Of a stretch of DNA of 64,000 nt, positions 27,689 through 36,888 are shown in pieces. A program made the translations under genes and the position numbers. The notes beneath the pieces are model-generated. The model saw only the letters and a program-made list of their open reading frames with translations, was not told the DNA's origin and searched no databases. The stretch lies in contig JBDHCY010000001.1 in the NCBI GenBank assembly GCA_039591795.1, forward strand, positions 10,887-74,886. The letters are read 5' to 3'. Numbering within the stretch: the first letter of the stretch is position 1; each line of letters opens with the position of its first letter. Origin of the DNA: Gemmatimonadota bacterium. Its GTDB lineage: Bacteria; Gemmatimonadota; Gemmatimonadetes; Gemmatimonadales; GWC2-71-9.

Positions 27689-28765
27689 TCACATCACGAC
27701 AAGCACACCTTGTTTCCCACCGAAACCGTCGTCGAGCGCGGTGACGCCAGCTGGAACGACCCATCGGACGGTGTCGAGCCGCACGTTGAAGTGGTAGACA
27801 CCTCGCTCGAGCGGGACGACCGCCCGCCAGCGCCCGTTGCCGAGCCGCTCCATCGGCTGCGGTACCCATCCGTTCCAGTCGCCTGCGATCTCGGCCGTCT
27901 CAGCTGCCGGCAACTCGAACTCCAGGACGACGCCCTGACGGTCGGCTGCCACCACCCCACGACCACCCACTGGTGAGACCGCCGAAGGCCTCCATTCCCG
28001 GCCAAACACGCGGATGCCGAGCGTGCCGTACCGGCTGGATGGCAGCCCCTGGATCGGATCTGCCAGGTACGACCCGAGCCCGAGCTCGATCGCCGAGAGC
28101 GGGGTCACGAACCAGCGAAAGGCGGTCTGCACCGCCGCTCCCGATGGCTGGCCTGCCCCAACGCGATAGGCGACGGAGCCCAGCGCTTCGACCTGGCGTA
28201 GCACGACCCCGCCTCGAAGCGAAAGCTCGGTGAATTGGGCCCCGGGCAGCATGACCGGCTCCACGGATGCGAGCGCCTCGAGCCAATCCCAGCTCCCCCA
28301 GGCCCGGATGCGGGCCCGGCCGGCGCCCACCGGCCCCTGTCCCTCGAGCCCACCGGTGGCGAATCCGGCACCTGCTGAGACGCCGAACTGGCGGCTCAGC
28401 AAGACGCCCTCGGCGATGAAATCCGCTGCTGCCGTCCACGGCGCGCCGGTACGCAGCGTCCCGTCGAGGCCGGCGTCGACACCGAACCGGAGGGGCCCAG
28501 CGAGCCTTTCGGAGACGGCATAGAGCCGAGGGCCACCTCGGAACGAGTAGCCCCCGATGTCGTGGATCGCGAACGCGCCGGCGAAGGCGAATGTGGCGCC
28601 CGGGCTCCGCCAATCGAGCCGCGGTGCGAACGCGAGCGCCTCGCCGGTCGGGAACCCCTCTTGACGAACGGTCGAGGCTGTGGCGCTTATGGACGTGACG
28701 AACTGTGCGGCGCCGGGACTGGCGCCTGAGAAGGCAAGGACGGCTACGACCGCGCTACGGTACAC
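27689..28765 (-). CDS. secreted protein: putative beta-barrel region plus C-terminal CBM48/AMPK-beta-like glycogen-binding domain
   Basis: GTG 28765 overlaps the upstream stop and gives (M)YRSAVVAVLAFSGASPGAAQ. Gly/Ala-rich alternating segment. C-terminal AEIAGDWNGWVPQPMERLGNGRWRAVVPLERGVYHFNVRLD...DDGFGGKQGVLVV. Confidence 0.6.
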   Translation of the reverse strand: MYRSAVVAVLAFSGASPGAAQFVTSISATASTVRQEGFPTGEALAFAPRLDWRSPGATFAFAGAFAIHDIGGYSFRGGPRLYAVSERLAGPLRFGVDAGLDGTLRTGAPWTAAADFIAEGVLLSRQFGVSAGAGFATGGLEGQGPVGAGRARIRAWGSWDWLEALASVEPVMLPGAQFTELSLRGGVVLRQVEALGSVAYRVGAGQPSGAAVQTAFRWFVTPLSAIELGLGSYLADPIQGLPSSRYGTLGIRVFGREWRPSAVSPVGGRGVVAADRQGVVLEFELPAAETAEIAGDWNGWVPQPMERLGNGRWRAVVPLERGVYHFNVRLDTVRWVVPAGVTALDDGFGGKQGVLVVM

Positions 28766-29381
28766 GCCCGGGCTGCCCCCGGAGGAGTTGGACACGGACC
28801 CGATTGATGGCCTCGTCTGGCGCGGCGCCGCGCTCGAGCTCCGCGAGCACGAACCGCGGAAGCGAGAGCAGTTGGTCGGGCGACAACCGCTGCACAATCG
28901 CGTCGGCGACCAACCGACTGGCATCCTCGGGCGCGTATCCTCGCGCCGTGATGTCCGCAGCGATCTGCAACGCCACATCACGCGTCTCGTCAGGAGCGAC
29001 TTCGAGCAGCTCCCGGACTTCGGATGGACGGAGCCCTCGATGCAAGGCAAACGCGACTGCCACGATGTCGCCGCTCTCGGCCACTGAGTCTGGCCGAACG
29101 CTGCGCAGCAGGTACCGGGCATCGCGCAGTTCCGCGCGGAACACCCGGACGGTGCTCACGATGCGCTCGGGTGCAACCCCTTTGACGCTCCCCTCGAGCG
29201 CCTTCTGGATGAGCGGCTCGACGGGGAGTCCCTCGGCTCTTGCCTCACCAACGAGCACGCGGATCTCGCCAATCGCCGACCCGGGGACTCTCGCGGCCCA
29301 ATCGTCGGGCACTTGCGCCCGGGCGGGCGACGCCGGAACCATGATCCCGAGCAGCAACACCAGCACTGCGCGTTTCATCAT
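28755..29381 (-). CDS. secreted alpha-helical hypothetical protein (paralog of 26957-27637)
   Basis: ATG 29381 overlaps the upstream stop (ATGA). Signal peptide MMKRAVLVLLLGIMVPASPARAQ. Confidence 0.55.
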   Translation of the reverse strand: MMKRAVLVLLLGIMVPASPARAQVPDDWAARVPGSAIGEIRVLVGEARAEGLPVEPLIQKALEGSVKGVAPERIVSTVRVFRAELRDARYLLRSVRPDSVAESGDIVAVAFALHRGLRPSEVRELLEVAPDETRDVALQIAADITARGYAPEDASRLVADAIVQRLSPDQLLSLPRFVLAELERGAAPDEAINRVRVQLLRGQPGRVP

Positions 29382-29914
29382 GTCTCCCCCACGCGCGCGA
29401 CCAACACCGAGTTCAATCGCCCGAACCCGTCGTCGGCATACGAATCGGACAACGGGTCGGCAACCCACCTGTCTCCGTCTACTACGAACATATACTCATG
29501 AATTCCTGCCGGCACCACGAGCCGCCCCTGAAACACACCCGTATCGGGGTCCCGCTCGAGCGCGACCGGCTCCCACGACGTAAACGACCCAGCCACCTCG
29601 ACGCGCTCGGCGGCAGGGAACGGCGCAACCAGCGTCACGACGGCCTCGCCGGGACCGGCGGTGAGCTCGGATTGCCGTGGTACCAGCAAGACGATGGCGA
29701 CCGCCGCGGCGGCGGCGAGCCCCCACACCGGCTTCACCCGGAGCGTCAGTGGGGCGAGGAGCCAGCGGAGGGCGGTGCTGCCCCCTCTCCCCTCGGCGCG
29801 AATCCGCGCGAGCACGCGCGCTTCGAAGTCCGGGGCCACCGCCACGGGCTCGCGGAGCAGACGAACGGCACGCACCAACAGGCGCCGGTCGCTCGAGTCG
29901 AGCCGGCCGGTCAC
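29378..29914 (-). CDS. single-pass membrane protein in the anti-sigma position with extracytoplasmic CBM48/AMPK-beta-like domain
   Basis: GTG 29914 overlaps the sigma stop (GTGA). TM segment VWGLAAAAAVAIVLLV. C-terminal VEVAGSFTSWEPVALERDPDTGVFQGRLVVPAGIHEYMFVVDGDRWVADP...DDGFGRLNSVLV. No HxxxCxxC. Confidence 0.65.
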   Translation of the reverse strand: MTGRLDSSDRRLLVRAVRLLREPVAVAPDFEARVLARIRAEGRGGSTALRWLLAPLTLRVKPVWGLAAAAAVAIVLLVPRQSELTAGPGEAVVTLVAPFPAAERVEVAGSFTSWEPVALERDPDTGVFQGRLVVPAGIHEYMFVVDGDRWVADPLSDSYADDGFGRLNSVLVARVGET

Positions 29915-30462
29915 AGCCCGCGCTCCCGCAGCAGGCCCACAAGCGCCTCGCGTGCCCGATGGACCCGCATCTTCAGGGTAGGTATCCGTTCACCGGTGAT
30001 CTCAGCCATCTCTTCGTAGCTCATCCCTTCGACGTACTTCATCACAAAGGCCTCGCGCCGCTGGGCCGTCAGCTCGGCGAGCGCCGATTCGACGGCCGCC
30101 ATCGCCTCCCGCCGATCGAGGTCGAGCCCCGGGTCGGACCGGGCGACTGCGGGAGGGGCGTCATCGAGTGAGACCGTATCCGGTCTCCGCCTCCCCAGGT
30201 AACTCTTGCACCGATTCGTGACAATGCGGAAGACCCAGGTCCGAAATCGAGCCGGATCCCGGCAGCTGGCGAGATGCCGGTAGGCTCGCGAGAAGCTCTC
30301 GGCGAGCACGTCGTCCGCGACGTCCGGGCTGCCCAGCAGGCGCACTGCATAGCGCGCCAGGGCCGGCGTGTGGCGCCGGACCAGGATGCCGAATGCGTCG
30401 ACCTCGCCGTCGAGCACTCGCGCCACGACCTGCGCGTCGCCCGGCTCTTCCACATCATTCAA
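29911..30462 (-). CDS. ECF-type RNA polymerase sigma factor
   Basis: 183 aa. Region 2 (DVADDVLAESFSRAYRHL...FRTWVFRIVTN) and region 4 (MSYEEMAEITGERIPTLKMRVHRAR). Confidence 0.9.
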   Translation of the reverse strand: MNDVEEPGDAQVVARVLDGEVDAFGILVRRHTPALARYAVRLLGSPDVADDVLAESFSRAYRHLASCRDPARFRTWVFRIVTNRCKSYLGRRRPDTVSLDDAPPAVARSDPGLDLDRREAMAAVESALAELTAQRREAFVMKYVEGMSYEEMAEITGERIPTLKMRVHRAREALVGLLRERGL

Positions 30463-30593
30463 GGGACCCCCAGGGGCACCTTCCGGTCACCCCAGCTCCT
30501 GCCGAGCCGGGCCCCCCGGACTTGCCCGGCGCCCCGCGACCCACCAAGTTCCGGGCGCAGATCGGCGTCGACTTCCTCAACACCGGAGCACCC

Positions 30594-30758
30594 ATGGGCA
30601 CGGAGAACGAAGCGTATTGCGTGAAATGTAAGGCCAAGCGCGACATGACCAACGTCAGTCGCGTCACCATGGCCAATGGGCGCCCCGCGCTCAAAGGCCA
30701 GTGTCCGGTCTGCGGGACCGGCATGTTCAAGATCCTCGCCACCCCGAAAGCGTCCTGA
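30594..30758 (+). CDS. small zinc-ribbon protein (DUF5679-like)
   Basis: 54 aa, MGTENEAYCVKCKAKRDM...GQCPVCGTGMFKIL, with CxxC...CxxC. Confidence 0.6.
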   Translation: MGTENEAYCVKCKAKRDMTNVSRVTMANGRPALKGQCPVCGTGMFKILATPKAS

Positions 30759-31960
30759 CCCGGTCGATTGCACCCGGGCTTCGGGCCTCTTCGCCCGGTC
30801 GGCGACGCGTCATAACCCTGTTTTCGATCGCCTTCGGCGCCGTAGCCTGTAGCGACGGCGCCACAGATCCGCTTCCACCGGAGCCCCCCGCCAGCGTGCG
30901 GCTCACGCTCATCACGGATGCGCTGAGTCGCCCCGTGTTCGCCACGGCCGCACCGGGCGACGCCGCCCGGCTGTTCGTAGTCGAGCAAACGGGTCGGATT
31001 CGCATCGTCGAAGGTGACGCTTTGCTCCCCGATCCCTTCCTCGACATCAACGCTCGCATTTCTTGCTGCGGGGAACGTGGCCTGCTGAGCCTCGCATTCG
31101 ACCCGGCGTACGCCCAGAACGGACGATTCTATGTCTACTACACCGATGTGGCGGGTGACACGCGTGTGAGCCGGTTCAGCGTCGGAGGGAATCCGAACAC
31201 CGCCGACCCCGGCAGTGAGGCGCTCATCATCGCCGTCCCCCAGCCGTATTCGAATCACAACGGGGGGTTGATCGCTTTCGGGCCGGACGGGCATCTCTAC
31301 GTCGGGCTCGGAGACGGCGGCAACGCCAACGACCCGGACGGGAACGGACAGGACCTGGGCACGCTCCTCGGGAGCATTCTCCGAATCGCCGTGGGCGGAA
31401 GCGGTGGCTACACGGTTCCCGCCGACAATCCTTTCGTTGGGAGCCCGGCGGCGCGCTCGGAGATCTGGGCGTACGGGTTGCGAAACCCCTGGCGCTTCTC
31501 GTTCGACCGGCAGACGGGCGACCGGTACATCGGCGACGTTGGCCAAGGACGGATCGAGGAGATCGACGTCGAACCAAGCACGAGTGCGGGAGGGGTGAAC
31601 TACGGGTGGAATACGATGGAGGGAAGCGAGTGTTTCGGTGCGCCAACCTGCGATCGGACCGGCCTCACGCTGCCGGTGTTCGAGTACGACCACGGCAGCG
31701 GCTGCTCGGTGACAGGGGGCTACGTCTATCGCGGCGCCGCCCTGCCGGCACTTCGCGGCATCTATTTTTACAGCGACTATTGCTCCGGGTGGATCCGGAG
31801 CTTTCGATACCAGAACGGACAGGCGACTGAGCCAACCGATTGGACTGGGGTGCTGAATCCCGGAGCGAATGTGACATCGTTCGGCGAGGACGCGGCCGGC
31901 GAGCTGTACGTGACCACTCTGGGGGGCCGCCTCTACCGGCTCGCGCCCGGCGACAATTAG
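30701..31960 (+). CDS. PQQ-dependent sugar (glucose/sorbosone) dehydrogenase family
   Basis: NHNGGLIAFGPDGHLYVGLGDGGNANDPDGNGQD...LGSILRI, GLRNPWRFSFD and a YVYRG beta-propeller. Lipoprotein-like LFSIAFGAVACS. The true start is uncertain and may lie downstream of 30701. Confidence 0.8.
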   Translation: MSGLRDRHVQDPRHPESVLTRSIAPGLRASSPGRRRVITLFSIAFGAVACSDGATDPLPPEPPASVRLTLITDALSRPVFATAAPGDAARLFVVEQTGRIRIVEGDALLPDPFLDINARISCCGERGLLSLAFDPAYAQNGRFYVYYTDVAGDTRVSRFSVGGNPNTADPGSEALIIAVPQPYSNHNGGLIAFGPDGHLYVGLGDGGNANDPDGNGQDLGTLLGSILRIAVGGSGGYTVPADNPFVGSPAARSEIWAYGLRNPWRFSFDRQTGDRYIGDVGQGRIEEIDVEPSTSAGGVNYGWNTMEGSECFGAPTCDRTGLTLPVFEYDHGSGCSVTGGYVYRGAALPALRGIYFYSDYCSGWIRSFRYQNGQATEPTDWTGVLNPGANVTSFGEDAAGELYVTTLGGRLYRLAPGDN

Positions 31961-31997
31961 TGCGGCGTGCAATCCGGCCGCGCGCGAGGGAGGACCA

Positions 31998-33353
31998 ATG
32001 CGGTACGCTATCGGGTTGATCGTTTGCAGCTTCGCGCAGACGGCGCTGCTATCCGCGCAGGGTGTGCCGCCGAGCGAGGATCCGCGGGTTCGGGAGATCG
32101 TGGCTGCCGTCTCTCCGGCGCGTCTCGAGGCCGACGTTCGGCGGCTGGTGAGCTTTGGGACCCGGCATACCCTCTCCGACACGATGTCCTCCAGCCGCGG
32201 AATCGGCGCGGCGCGGCGCTGGATCAAGGCCGAGTTCGACAGCATCAGCCGGGCGTGCGGCGGCTGTCTCGAAGTCACCTACGTCTCGGAAATCTTCAGC
32301 GGGTCCCGACGAGTTCCCGATCCGACCAACGTGGTCAACGTCCTTGCCGTGCAGCGCGGGACCACCGACCCCGAGCGCTACGTCATCATGAGCGGCGACA
32401 TCGATTCGCGGGTCAGCGACGCGCTCAACGCCGTCGACTCGGCCCCGGGCGCCAACGACAACGCGACCGGGGTGGCGGGCACGATCGAGGCGGCCCGCGT
32501 GCTCAGCCAGTACCGGTTCAGCGGCTCGATCGTCTACGCCGCGTTGAGCGGCGAGGAGCAAGGACTGTTCGGCGGGCAGACCGTGGCCCGATTGTCAGTC
32601 GAGCGCGGTTGGCGGATCGTCGGCGTCTTGAACAACGACATGATCGGCAATATCCAGGGCGTGGATGGGCAGATCGAGAACACCACGGCCCGCGTCTTTT
32701 CCGATGGCACTCCACCCAACGAGACCGATGCGGCGCGGCGCGCCCGACGATTCACCGGCGGAGAGGTCGATGGCGTTTCGCGACAGCTCGCCCGATACAT
32801 CGATGGCATCGCCGATCGATATTTCCCGACGCTCGACGTGTGGATGATCTACCGGCTCGACCGATTCGGCCGGGGAGGTCACCACCGGCCGTTCGCCGAC
32901 GTCGGGGTTCCCGCCGTACGGATCATGGAGACCCACGAGAATTACACCCGGCAGCACCAAGACATCCGTACGGAGGACGGGATCGCCTACGGCGATGTCA
33001 TCGAAGGAGTCGATTTCGACTACACCGCCAAGCTGACGGCTCTCAACGCCGCGACCATCGCTGCCCTCAGCTGGGGGCCGGCGCCACCGGTGAACGTGCG
33101 GATCCGCGGTGCCGTCCGCCCCGCTGCTTCCCTCTCGTGGGAGCCACCGTCGGCCACCGCAGGTCTCCAGGGCTATCGCGTGTACTGGCGACGAACCGAT
33201 CAGCCGACGTGGGACTTCTCGATGTACGTGGGTGATGTGACTAGCCATACGTTCGAAGGGCTGGTGATCGACAACTACTTCTTCGGCGTGGCCGCCGTGA
33301 GTGCCGACGGCAACGAGAGCACGGTCGTGTTCCCGTCGAGTCGGCGAAACTGA
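31998..33353 (+). CDS. M28 family metallopeptidase with C-terminal fibronectin-III-like domain
   Basis: Signal peptide MRYAIGLIVCSFAQTALLSAQ, GANDNATGVAG, EEQGLFGG, and a C-terminal GYRVYWR FN3-like segment. Confidence 0.85.
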   Translation: MRYAIGLIVCSFAQTALLSAQGVPPSEDPRVREIVAAVSPARLEADVRRLVSFGTRHTLSDTMSSSRGIGAARRWIKAEFDSISRACGGCLEVTYVSEIFSGSRRVPDPTNVVNVLAVQRGTTDPERYVIMSGDIDSRVSDALNAVDSAPGANDNATGVAGTIEAARVLSQYRFSGSIVYAALSGEEQGLFGGQTVARLSVERGWRIVGVLNNDMIGNIQGVDGQIENTTARVFSDGTPPNETDAARRARRFTGGEVDGVSRQLARYIDGIADRYFPTLDVWMIYRLDRFGRGGHHRPFADVGVPAVRIMETHENYTRQHQDIRTEDGIAYGDVIEGVDFDYTAKLTALNAATIAALSWGPAPPVNVRIRGAVRPAASLSWEPPSATAGLQGYRVYWRRTDQPTWDFSMYVGDVTSHTFEGLVIDNYFFGVAAVSADGNESTVVFPSSRRN

Positions 33354-33432
33354 CAAGTGCCGCTTGACGATGGGCGCGCAGCCGGCCTAACGTCGAGCGA
33401 CTGCACAACGAGACACCGAAATCGGAGGAACC

Positions 33433-33948
33433 GTGGCTCCACGAACGAGTAAAGTGGCGAAGAAGACCGCGAAGAAGACGACCGGCCGTGTGAAGAAGGC
33501 CGCTGCGAAGACGGCCAAGCGGACCCGGAGCCGAGTCGCAAAGCAGGCCAAGGCGACGAGGGGCAAGGTCACGAGACAGGCAAAGGCAACGAGGAGCAGG
33601 GTCGCTAAGAAGGCGAAGGCGACGGGGAGCAAGGTCGCGAAGCGAGCCAAGGCAACCGGGAGCCGCGTCGCGAAACGCGCCAGGTCCACCGGCAGCAAGG
33701 TCGCCAAGCAGGCAAAGCGTGCGGCGACGAAGGCCGCAAAGTCGGCCAAGCGCACGGCGACCAAAGCCGCAACCACGGCGCGCAAGCGGGTGCGCAAGGC
33801 CGTCACCCGTGCCAAGGTCAAACGGGCGGTCAAGAAGACCGGCGCCGTCTTGAAGACTGCCGGAACGGCGGCCGCGGTGGCGGGCGTCAGCGCGGCGGCG
33901 GCCGCGACGGCCGATCAGATGACCCGGGGTCGGCGCAAGAAGAAGTAG
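33433..33948 (+). CDS. Lys/Ala-rich basic repeat protein (histone H1-like or 11-mer amphipathic repeat protein)
   Basis: GTG 33433 lies 3 nt after GGAGGA. 171 aa, about one-third Lys/Arg. Eight 11-aa repeats (AKATGSKVAKR type). The C-terminal Ala/Gly/Val stretch ends in RGRRKKK. An antisense ORF shares third codon positions, so the strand choice is not proven. Confidence 0.65.
   Translation: MAPRTSKVAKKTAKKTTGRVKKAAAKTAKRTRSRVAKQAKATRGKVTRQAKATRSRVAKKAKATGSKVAKRAKATGSRVAKRARSTGSKVAKQAKRAATKAAKSAKRTATKAATTARKRVRKAVTRAKVKRAVKKTGAVLKTAGTAAAVAGVSAAAAATADQMTRGRRKKK
33514..33777 (+). repeat. eight tandem 33-bp (11-codon) coding repeats
   Basis: Units begin at 33514, 33547, 33580, 33613, 33646, 33679, 33712 and 33745. 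The consensus is GCC AAG GCN ACN GGN AGC AAG GTC GCN AAG NNN, with many synonymous differences between units. Confidence 0.85.
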
Positions 33949-33958
33949 ACGCCCGGCG

Positions 33959-34630
33959 TCAGGCCTGTCGGTAGGCCCGCCGGAACAACAGCGCGCTCGC
34001 GGCGAGGGCGATCGCGATCCACAGAACACCCCAGACGAGCGTGTGCACGCCCGTGAGCTCTGCGAGCATCCGCGCGTCGGAGGGGAGCCACGGCCGATCG
34101 AAGATGTCGCTCTTGATGTCGAGGAGCGCGTACAGGCAGCTCGTGAGCCCGAGGGTCACGAGTATCGGCCGAGCGGCTCTCGGGGGTAGGAACCGCGCCG
34201 CCGCGAGCAGGGCCAGTCCGAACGCCGCCGAGAAGATGATGCCGAACGCGTTCCCGACGAAGAACAGGGCGAGCCCGAAGACCACGACACCCGTCCCGCC
34301 CAGCGCCAGTCTCGGCCACCGCCCTTCCAGCCGCGACGATTCGAGCAGGACGGCACCCCATCCCAGACTTCCGAGGTAGCCTGCGGAGAGTGTGAGGAAT
34401 GCACTGCCGCCCGGGCAAAGGCAGCTGCCCCCTTCTTGAGGCGAGAGCGTGATTGCTTGGATGGTTCCGCCCGTGGCCACCGCCACGACACCGTGGCTCA
34501 GCTCGTGGAGCAGGACCACGAACAGCTTCAGGGGATAGATCAGCACGGTGTTCCACGCCAGCCAGAGTGCGATGAAATACGCGCTGAAGGCGGCGAGGAA
34601 GATGAGACGGCGTTTGGTGGTTGCTGTCAT
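33959..34630 (-). CDS. M50B-like membrane metallopeptidase family protein
   Basis: 223 aa, polytopic. HExxH in FVVLLHELSHGVVAVATGG. Confidence 0.6.
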   Translation of the reverse strand: MTATTKRRLIFLAAFSAYFIALWLAWNTVLIYPLKLFVVLLHELSHGVVAVATGGTIQAITLSPQEGGSCLCPGGSAFLTLSAGYLGSLGWGAVLLESSRLEGRWPRLALGGTGVVVFGLALFFVGNAFGIIFSAAFGLALLAAARFLPPRAARPILVTLGLTSCLYALLDIKSDIFDRPWLPSDARMLAELTGVHTLVWGVLWIAIALAASALLFRRAYRQA

Positions 34631-34799
34631 CGTCTGACCCTACGTGCGCGGTTGGGGATGGGATTCAAGGTTGGGCACCGAGCGACCCGCTCGATGAGCC
34701 CTGGGGATGCACCTCGCCTGAAACGACATCCATGCCGATCGCCCAACCGACAGCCCATCTAGCCCCCTCCCCCCCTCCACACGCACATTCATAGCAGGA

Positions 34800-35822
34800 A
34801 TGACGATCACGACCGAAGCAGAACTCGAAGAAGCCCTGTCCCGCCCCACCGCCGCCGACATAGCCGCGATGGCCGCGCTCGACGGCGACCTCACCGTCCT
34901 CGGTGTCTCCGGCAAGATGGGCCCGAGCCTGGCTCGCCTCGCCAAGCGCGCGTGCGACGAGGCCGGAGTCCGGAAGAAGGTTCTCGGCGTCGCGCGGTTC
35001 TCGACACCCGGCGTTCGCGAGCGCCTGCTCGCCGACCGCATCGAGACGCTTCCCTGTGATCTCGAGAACCCCGAAGCGGTCGCCGCCCTCCCCAACTGCC
35101 CGAACATCGTCTTCATGGTGGGGCAGAAGTTTGGCACTAGCCACGACGCGGAACGCACCTGGCACACCAACACGATCCCACCGGCACTCGTCGCCGATCG
35201 GTTCTGCGATTCGCGCATCGTCGCCTTCTCGACCGGGAACGTCTACCCGCTCACTCCGATTGGGGGCGGAGGCCCCACCGAGCTCGACGAGACCGGGCCG
35301 GTAGGGGCATACGCAGAGTCGGCGCTCGCGCGCGAGCGTGTGTTCGAGGCAAGCTCGGAGCAACACGGGACGCCCGTGGCCCTCCTACGCCTCAACTACG
35401 CCAACGAGCTGCGCTACGGCGTGCTGCGTGACGTCGCGGACTGCCTGATCGCGCGCCAGCCGATCGACCTCGCGATGGGCTACGTGAACGTGATCTGGCA
35501 ACGCGACGCCAATTCCATCGCGCTGCAGAGCTTCGCGCACTGCGCGAGCCCACCCTTCGTGCTCAATCTGACCGGTACCGAGACGGTCTCGATTCGCTCC
35601 CTCGCGCAGCGCTTCGGCAAACTGCTCGGCGTCGAGCCGATTCTCGAGGGCACCGAGAGCAACACCGCCCTCCTGAGCAACGCCTCGCGCTGCGCCGAGC
35701 TCTTCGGCCCGCCCGAAGTCTCGCTCGACCAGATGATCGCATGGATCGCCGACTGGGTGCGCCGGGGCGGGGTCAGCCTCGGCAAGCCGACGCACTACGA
35801 AGTGCGGACGGGTGAATTCTGA
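34800..35822 (+). CDS. NAD-dependent epimerase/dehydratase family protein
   Basis: 340 aa. Rossmann-type LTVLGVSGKMGPSLARLA. Extended SDR-like length. Confidence 0.7.
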   Translation: MTITTEAELEEALSRPTAADIAAMAALDGDLTVLGVSGKMGPSLARLAKRACDEAGVRKKVLGVARFSTPGVRERLLADRIETLPCDLENPEAVAALPNCPNIVFMVGQKFGTSHDAERTWHTNTIPPALVADRFCDSRIVAFSTGNVYPLTPIGGGGPTELDETGPVGAYAESALARERVFEASSEQHGTPVALLRLNYANELRYGVLRDVADCLIARQPIDLAMGYVNVIWQRDANSIALQSFAHCASPPFVLNLTGTETVSIRSLAQRFGKLLGVEPILEGTESNTALLSNASRCAELFGPPEVSLDQMIAWIADWVRRGGVSLGKPTHYEVRTGEF

Positions 35823-36888
35823 GCAGCCCGTGACCGCTCTCGCATTGCCGCCCGCCGCGATCCTCGAGCGCCTGCGCCAGGGCGTGGTGATTCCCGCACA
35901 CCCGCTGGCCTTGACCGGCGACCGCCGTCTCGACGAGCGGCGGCAACGCGCATTGACACGATACTACCTCTCGGCCGGCGCGGGCGGCCTCGCAGTGGGC
36001 GTCCACACCACCCAGTTCGCCATACGTGAGGCGGGGCTCTACCGCCCGGTGCTGGAGCTAGCCGCGGAAACGATCGCGGAACGCGATCCGAGCGAGTCTG
36101 TCATCCGGGTCGCGGGAATCGTCGGGCCGACCGGCCAGGCTCTCGCCGAGGCGCGGATCGCCGTCGACTTGGGCTATCACTCTGGACTCGTGAGCCCGGG
36201 CGCGCATCAGAGTGCCTCGGTCGACGAGCTGACCGCTCACATGCGCGCCGTCTCCGAAATCATCCCGCTATTCGGATTCTACCTGCAACCGGCCGTTGGT
36301 GGCCGCGCGCTCGAGCCGGCATTCTGGCACCGACTGCTGGAGATCGAGAACCTGATTGCCATCAAGGTGGCACCATTCGACCGCTACGAGACCCAGGCCG
36401 TAGCACGCGCCGTGCTCGAGTCGGGCCGCGCGGACGACGTCGCGCTCTACACCGGCAACGACGACCACATCCTCCTCGACCTGCTCACCCCGTTCGACTT
36501 CGGCACCGGCAGCGAGACACGGTTCGTCGGCGGCCTCCTCGGCCAGTGGGCTGTCTGGACCAAACGCGCAGTCGAGCACCTCGACGCGTGTCGGCACGCG
36601 GTAGGTGAGCGGCAGTCGCCAGTGCCGGGCACGCTGCTCAACCTCGCCACACAGCTGACGGACGCGAACGCCGCCATCTTCGACGTGGCGAATCGATTCG
36701 CGGGCTCGATCCCCGGCATCCACGAGATCCTGCGGCGGCAGGGCCTCCTGACTGGCCGCTGGTGCCTCGACTCTCGTGAGGACCTCTCGCCGGGCCAGCT
36801 CGAGGAAATCGATCGGGTGTGCAAAGCCTATCCCCACCTCGCCGACGACACGTTCGTCGCGGAGCATCTCGATGACTGGCTCGCCTGA
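35812..36888 (+). CDS. class I aldolase-like TIM-barrel protein (dihydrodipicolinate synthase family-like), tentative
   Basis: 358-aa ORF overlapping the upstream gene by 11 nt. [26 protein letters not shown] is recalled from proteins annotated as DHDPS family. The function is not established. Confidence 0.55.
   Translation: MNSEQPVTALALPPAAILERLRQGVVIPAHPLALTGDRRLDERRQRALTRYYLSAGAGGLAVGVHTTQFAIREAGLYRPVLELAAETIAERDPSESVIRVAGIVGPTGQALAEARIAVDLGYHSGLVSPGAHQSASVDELTAHMRAVSEIIPLFGFYLQPAVGGRALEPAFWHRLLEIENLIAIKVAPFDRYETQAVARAVLESGRADDVALYTGNDDHILLDLLTPFDFGTGSETRFVGGLLGQWAVWTKRAVEHLDACRHAVGERQSPVPGTLLNLATQLTDANAAIFDVANRFAGSIPGIHEILRRQGLLTGRWCLDSREDLSPGQLEEIDRVCKAYPHLADDTFVAEHLDDWLA

Noticed and set aside
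30455-32278. 607-aa minus-strand ORF.
   Set aside because: It is entirely antisense to the PQQ-dependent dehydrogenase and the start of the M28 peptidase. The sequence is low complexity with no motifs.
33387-33833. Antisense ORF of the repeat protein, encoding a Leu/Phe/Ala-rich repeat (RFATLLPVAF...) that looks like a membrane protein.
   Set aside because: It shares third codon positions with the plus frame, so GC3 cannot discriminate. The plus frame is preferred for three reasons: a GGAGGA SD sits just upstream of GTG 33433, its ends fit the intergenic gaps, and the minus frame needs a TTG Leu codon in every unit and starts and ends without signals. It is not fully excluded.
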